Positions 60,532 to 64,000 of a stretch of DNA of 64,000 nt are shown one piece after another. The number at the start of each line of letters is the position of its first letter. Positions within the stretch are counted from its first letter, which is position 1. Location: the IMG/VR virus record IMGVR_UViG_2778261268_000002. The stretch is one strand, 5' to 3'. Below the pieces are notes generated by a model that saw only the letters and a program-made list of their open reading frames with translations, was not told the DNA's origin and ran no database searches. This DNA is from a virus. Its lineage: Duplodnaviria > Heunggongvirae > Uroviricota > Caudoviricetes. Both the position numbers and the translations under genes were made by a program.

Positions 60532-61052
60532 CAAAATTTGGAAAGCTGGAAGCTCATTTGCTAACTCGTAACTACCGCCATGATATACACCCATATAGAC
60601 AGTGGATCGATGAAAGCGAAGGAGTAGTTACATTCCCTCTATACAGGTTTGATGGGATGTTGGCTGGGTATCAGACATATAGACCAGGTGCTCCTAAGCA
60701 GCATAGCAATCCGAAGATGGCCCGGTATTTCACGCGATCACACGGCAGACAATTACTTTGGGGAACCTATCTTCCTTTAAAAGATGGCCCAATATGGATA
60801 ACTGAGTCTATTTTTAAGAGCGCAGCTGTACACAATGCGGGCGGCAATTCGTGGGCGCTGTTAGGTTCGACTTTCTCCGCAGGATTACGCCGTCAACTTG
60901 CGATGCTGCCGTATGACTTTCGTGTAATAGGTGACAATGATGCGGCTGGTGAATTACTTGTGAAGTCTTTCGGAAAAGGTTTTGTGGCCCCGGATCTTGA
61001 CGAGCTACAACCACATGAAGTGTCTCATTTGATTTTTAGCCATAGCCAATAA
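60528..61052 (+). CDS. Toprim-like domain protein
   Basis: 175 aa; IWITESIFKSAAV ... RVIGDNDAAGELL (conserved Glu and DxD pattern). Confidence 0.4.
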   Translation: MTKFGKLEAHLLTRNYRHDIHPYRQWIDESEGVVTFPLYRFDGMLAGYQTYRPGAPKQHSNPKMARYFTRSHGRQLLWGTYLPLKDGPIWITESIFKSAAVHNAGGNSWALLGSTFSAGLRRQLAMLPYDFRVIGDNDAAGELLVKSFGKGFVAPDLDELQPHEVSHLIFSHSQ

Positions 61053-61067
61053 GCATCTCTCCCCTTT

Positions 61068-61088
61068 GAGGCCACAATTAGTGGCCTT
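61068..61088. terminator. Bidirectional stem-loop between convergent genes
   Basis: GAGGCCAC-AATTA-GTGGCCTT. Confidence 0.5.
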
Positions 61089-61112
61089 AAACAATGTGTT
61101 TTCTACCTCGAT

Positions 61113-61694
61113 TTAGCCTCTATTATCGTTTTGCATTTCTCTAATCCGGTTCAGAACTACTTCATGCTGGGCTTGGATAGCGGCTTTTTCGTTTTCAAGT
61201 CGGGCAATAGACATCTCTAATTCTTTGCTGTACCAGGCGAGTTGGGCCAGGTTCATCCGGTTGTGGTCGAGAGTTGGAGACACTTCGACGCGATCCCTTT
61301 CTTCCTGCTTTAATGAGAAGAGATTCATCTCATCCCTTGAGGAAAATTCAGCAACAATTTCTTGTTGATGATCCGGTCGCTGCGGCATCCTCGCCAGTAT
61401 AAATGGCGGTTCTTTTGAAAACATGAATGACGGTTTAGACCGTGTTTTGACCCATCTAGCTTGCTGTCTTTCGGCAAGTTCACAGGCTTCATCATAGTTA
61501 TCTACAAAACCAAGCACGGATGGACGGTCCCACGCGCCACCATTCAGACAATAAACAAGAATTTTCCCGTCAGGTTCTGTAACTCCATAGGGATGGTCCC
61601 ACCAGGCGTCCAGCTGGGCTTTGGAGCGTTTCTCGTTAGGAGTGCAGTCAAAATTTTTGGGCAATGCAGGATCGAGAGGAATGCGGGCAGGCAT
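61113..61694 (-). CDS. Hypothetical protein divergent from humD (possibly SOS-regulated)
   Basis: 193 aa; promoter region shared with the LexA-box-containing humD promoter. Confidence 0.45.
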   Translation of the reverse strand: MPARIPLDPALPKNFDCTPNEKRSKAQLDAWWDHPYGVTEPDGKILVYCLNGGAWDRPSVLGFVDNYDEACELAERQQARWVKTRSKPSFMFSKEPPFILARMPQRPDHQQEIVAEFSSRDEMNLFSLKQEERDRVEVSPTLDHNRMNLAQLAWYSKELEMSIARLENEKAAIQAQHEVVLNRIREMQNDNRG

Positions 61695-61828
61695 GGCTAA
61701 TTCCTTATTAATTGATTAGTAACGAGGTTACGCTGATCCAGCGGTGATGAATAGTAGCAAAGCGCACAAAGTCATCAGAGGGGTTAAGATCCATAACGCG
61801 TTTGCACCAAAGGTGTCTCTTTAATGTA

Positions 61829-61848
61829 TACTGTATAAATGAACAGTA
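61829..61848. promoter_or_regulatory. LexA (SOS) box
   Basis: TACTGTATAAATGAACAGTA = CTGT-N8-ACAG, 20 bp upstream of the humD start. Confidence 0.7.
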
Positions 61849-61867
61849 TTATTGAGGTGAAAACGCT

Positions 61868-62257
61868 ATGGGCTTCCCTTCTCCTGCGGCGGATTATGTT
61901 GAAAGCCGAATTTCTCTTGATCAGCAACTAATCAGGCATCCATCAGCAACCTACTTCATGCGGGCAGCTGATAGCCATCACCGTGAGGGAATATTGCAGG
62001 GTGCTTTGCTGGTGGTTGATTCTTCGCTTACTCCAGTTGATGGTTCGCTGCTTGTGTGCGCTATGGAGGGTGAATATCGCATAAAGAGATACCGAAAGTA
62101 TCCGCGCCAGCACCTGGAGGATTTAAGCACCGGGAAGAAAGAGGCGTTACCAGTAGATGACGATGGATGCACGGGCAGTAATGCTGTGTTTGGTGTGATC
62201 ACTCATGTCATTAATGATGCCCGAAGTGGGGAATTTGATGATTGTCCGGTGATTTAA
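61868..62257 (+). CDS. humD: UmuD-like S24 peptidase
   Basis: 129 aa; LexA/UmuD-type self-cleaving peptidase fold pattern; preceded by a LexA box. Confidence 0.75.
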   Translation: MGFPSPAADYVESRISLDQQLIRHPSATYFMRAADSHHREGILQGALLVVDSSLTPVDGSLLVCAMEGEYRIKRYRKYPRQHLEDLSTGKKEALPVDDDGCTGSNAVFGVITHVINDARSGEFDDCPVI

Positions 62258-62298
62258 GCTGCAAAGTGCTGGTGCTTTATGCCTGTGACGTTTATAAT

Positions 62299-62321
62299 TG
62301 TGTACACATAACGAGTACACG
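62299..62321 (+). promoter_or_regulatory. phd-doc operator (two GTAC-centred palindromes) overlapping the promoter
   Basis: TGTGTACACA and CGAGTACACG immediately downstream of TATAAT (62293-62298). Confidence 0.6.
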
Positions 62322-62329
62322 AGGTGTTT

Positions 62330-62551
62330 ATGCAATCCATTAACTTCCGTACCGCGCGCGGCAACCTTTCTGAAGTGCTCAACAATGTTGAAGCCGGGGA
62401 AGAGGTTGAAATCACCCGCAGAGGCCGTGAGCCAGCAGTAATTGTCAGCAAGGCTACTTTCGAAGCCTACAAAAAAGCGGCGCTGGATGCTGAATTTGCA
62501 TCCCTGTTTGACACCCTGGACTCCACCAACAAGGAACTGGTTAACCGATAA
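62330..62551 (+). CDS. phd: Antitoxin Phd
   Basis: 73 aa [41 protein letters not shown]...; RBS GAGGTG; stop overlaps doc start. Confidence 0.9.
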
Positions 62552-62931
62552 TGAGGCATATATCACCGGAAGAACTTATTGCGCTTCATGATGCGAATAT
62601 AAGCCGCTACGGCGGCCTGCCTGGCATGTCAGATCCGGGCAGGGCAGAGGCCATTATCGGGAGAGTTCAGGCCAGAGTTGCCTACGAAGAGATCACCGAC
62701 CTTTTCGAAGTCTCCGCCACCTACCTAGTGGCTACAGCGAGAGGGCATATATTCAATGATGCCAATAAGCGTACCGCGCTAAACAGCGCGCTGCTATTTC
62801 TACGCCGTAACGGGGTGCAGGTATTTGATTCACCTGAACTGGCAGACCTTACTGTAGGCGCTGCGACTGGCGAGATATCTGTATCTTCTGTCGCCGACAC
62901 GTTACGTAGATTGTATGGTTCTGCGGAGTAG
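62551..62931 (+). CDS. doc: Toxin Doc (Fic-fold kinase)
   Basis: 126 aa [25 protein letters not shown]...[19 protein letters not shown]. Confidence 0.9.
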
Positions 62932-62935
62932 ATTA

Positions 62936-63115
62936 ATGGCACGTAAATACAACAAGTTGTCCCGTGAAGCGTTAAAGATGCTTCTTGATGGCGTGAGTCG
63001 CCGCGAGGTAAAGCAATACCTGGTTGGTAAGCAAGTTGGTGTCAGGACCGCTATTGCTGTGTTATGCCGTCAGGAAATGGTTGTGCTTAAACAGAGAATG
63101 CCGGGCAGCAGATAA
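62936..63115 (+). CDS. Small basic protein downstream of doc
   Basis: 59 aa from ATG 62936 (RBS GGAG); MARKYNKLSREALKMLLDGVSRREVKQYL. Confidence 0.45.
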   Translation: MARKYNKLSREALKMLLDGVSRREVKQYLVGKQVGVRTAIAVLCRQEMVVLKQRMPGSR

Positions 63116-63142
63116 AGCCCAATCAGTGATGAAAGGTGTGAT

Positions 63143-64000
63143 GTGAAAGCCGTAATTACTCCCTTTGTACAAAAAGAGCTTGGCGTCGCCACATTCAAAG
63201 TGGATCAGGAGGTCAGAAAGCTGGTGGAGGCTGGCCGTAAATTTATTATGGAGCCGGTGCCGCGTGAGTTAATCGAGCACATGGACGACGGCCTCGTTGT
63301 TTCCGAGCAAACTATGGCAACAAATGAGGCGTTGCAGCCGTTTTTTAACAGCGATGAACTGTTTCGCCGTATTGGTGGGATTGACTCGCTGGTGGCGTGG
63401 TTGCGCAGGAAAGAGGGGCAATGCCAGGCCGCAGATCGTAGTTGGTGTGACAACCATATTGTCCACGCTGAACGAGACAATAGCGCGGTGTTGTTGTGCT
63501 GGCATCACGATAACCATTACCGGATGCGTGGTTTTAATGAGCTGAAAGAAACGCTGCATAATAATCGCGTTAACTGGATACTGGATGTCGCCCGTCAGGA
63601 AATGGGGCTTTCAGATGGCCATGATTTAAGTATTCAGGAACTGTGCTGGTGGGCTTTCATGCGCAACATGATGCACCTGATGCCGGAAGAAGTTTGCCGT
63701 ATATCAATAAATAAGATGAAAGCCGCAACGCAGGATAGCGGACCTCTGAAAGAGGCGGATATTCGCCCGTATGACGATCGCGCTACAGCATATGTTCAGA
63801 TGATGGAAGAACGCGCCGCGCCGATGCGTGCAAAAGTATGCCCTGTGGATGTTGACTCCGACCCTGGCATGGCGCATTTCAAAATACCAAAACTGCAATC
63901 GCTAAAATTACCTGAGTACATGGACTTTGTTGCTTCCCGTCCATGCTGTGGGTGTGGAGCGGCGGGAGCTGGCGCTCACATTATGCCTTATATCGTTCGT
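63143..64000 (+). CDS. Cys/His-rich hypothetical protein (3' partial; runs off window)
   Basis: GTG start after RBS AAAGG; uninterrupted ORF to the window end, not in the ORF track because it has no stop; motifs [31 protein letters not shown]. Confidence 0.5.
   Translation, partial: MKAVITPFVQKELGVATFKVDQEVRKLVEAGRKFIMEPVPRELIEHMDDGLVVSEQTMATNEALQPFFNSDELFRRIGGIDSLVAWLRRKEGQCQAADRSWCDNHIVHAERDNSAVLLCWHHDNHYRMRGFNELKETLHNNRVNWILDVARQEMGLSDGHDLSIQELCWWAFMRNMMHLMPEEVCRISINKMKAATQDSGPLKEADIRPYDDRATAYVQMMEERAAPMRAKVCPVDVDSDPGMAHFKIPKLQSLKLPEYMDFVASRPCCGCGAAGAGAHIMPYIVR

Overview
This 64 kb window reads as one nearly contiguous stretch of a P1-like temperate myovirus that is maintained as a plasmid (phage-plasmid); family assignments below are from reading the translated ORFs and motifs by eye against remembered families, with no database search run. 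From left to right it contains: an invertible tail-fibre host-range segment (crossover sites at 1-17 and 3664-3689; the invertase gene must lie left of the window); a minus-strand tail/baseplate operon including a 1124-aa Sit-type injection protein with a lytic transglycosylase domain; an AT-rich sim-like exclusion operon; an immI-like region (operator, candidate antisense RNA, icd, ant); kilA-repL; a ParA-like ATPase; structural genes (sheath, capsid); parS-parB-parA and the repA iteron replicon (incA, incC, oriR with GATC cluster and DnaA boxes); an overlapped spanin-like gene pair; a PAAR-like gene; an rdgC homologue; a fused cytosine-C5/adenine-N6 DNA methyltransferase; a tRNA island (Asn, Thr, Ile plus one unexpected Ser-like element) inside about 1.4 kb of structured non-coding DNA; a DnaB-like helicase (ban); tail morphogenesis genes; a block of glycosyltransferase-like, nuclease and phosphatase genes; a long translationally coupled accessory operon (Ea22-like, small basic paralogues, Hjc-like nuclease, DUF551, Toprim-like); an SOS box upstream of humD; and the phd-doc toxin-antitoxin pair. 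Repressor-type operators (ATTGCTCTAATAAAT) recur at seven or more sites. I found no CRISPR array, rRNA, integrase or IS element. The most interesting observations are a 22-residue motif shared between Sit and a secreted sim-region protein, the structured RNA island around the tRNAs, the spanin-like pair beside the replicon, and the transferase/nuclease/phosphatase cluster. No single unambiguous novel system was identified; several candidates are listed in the findings.
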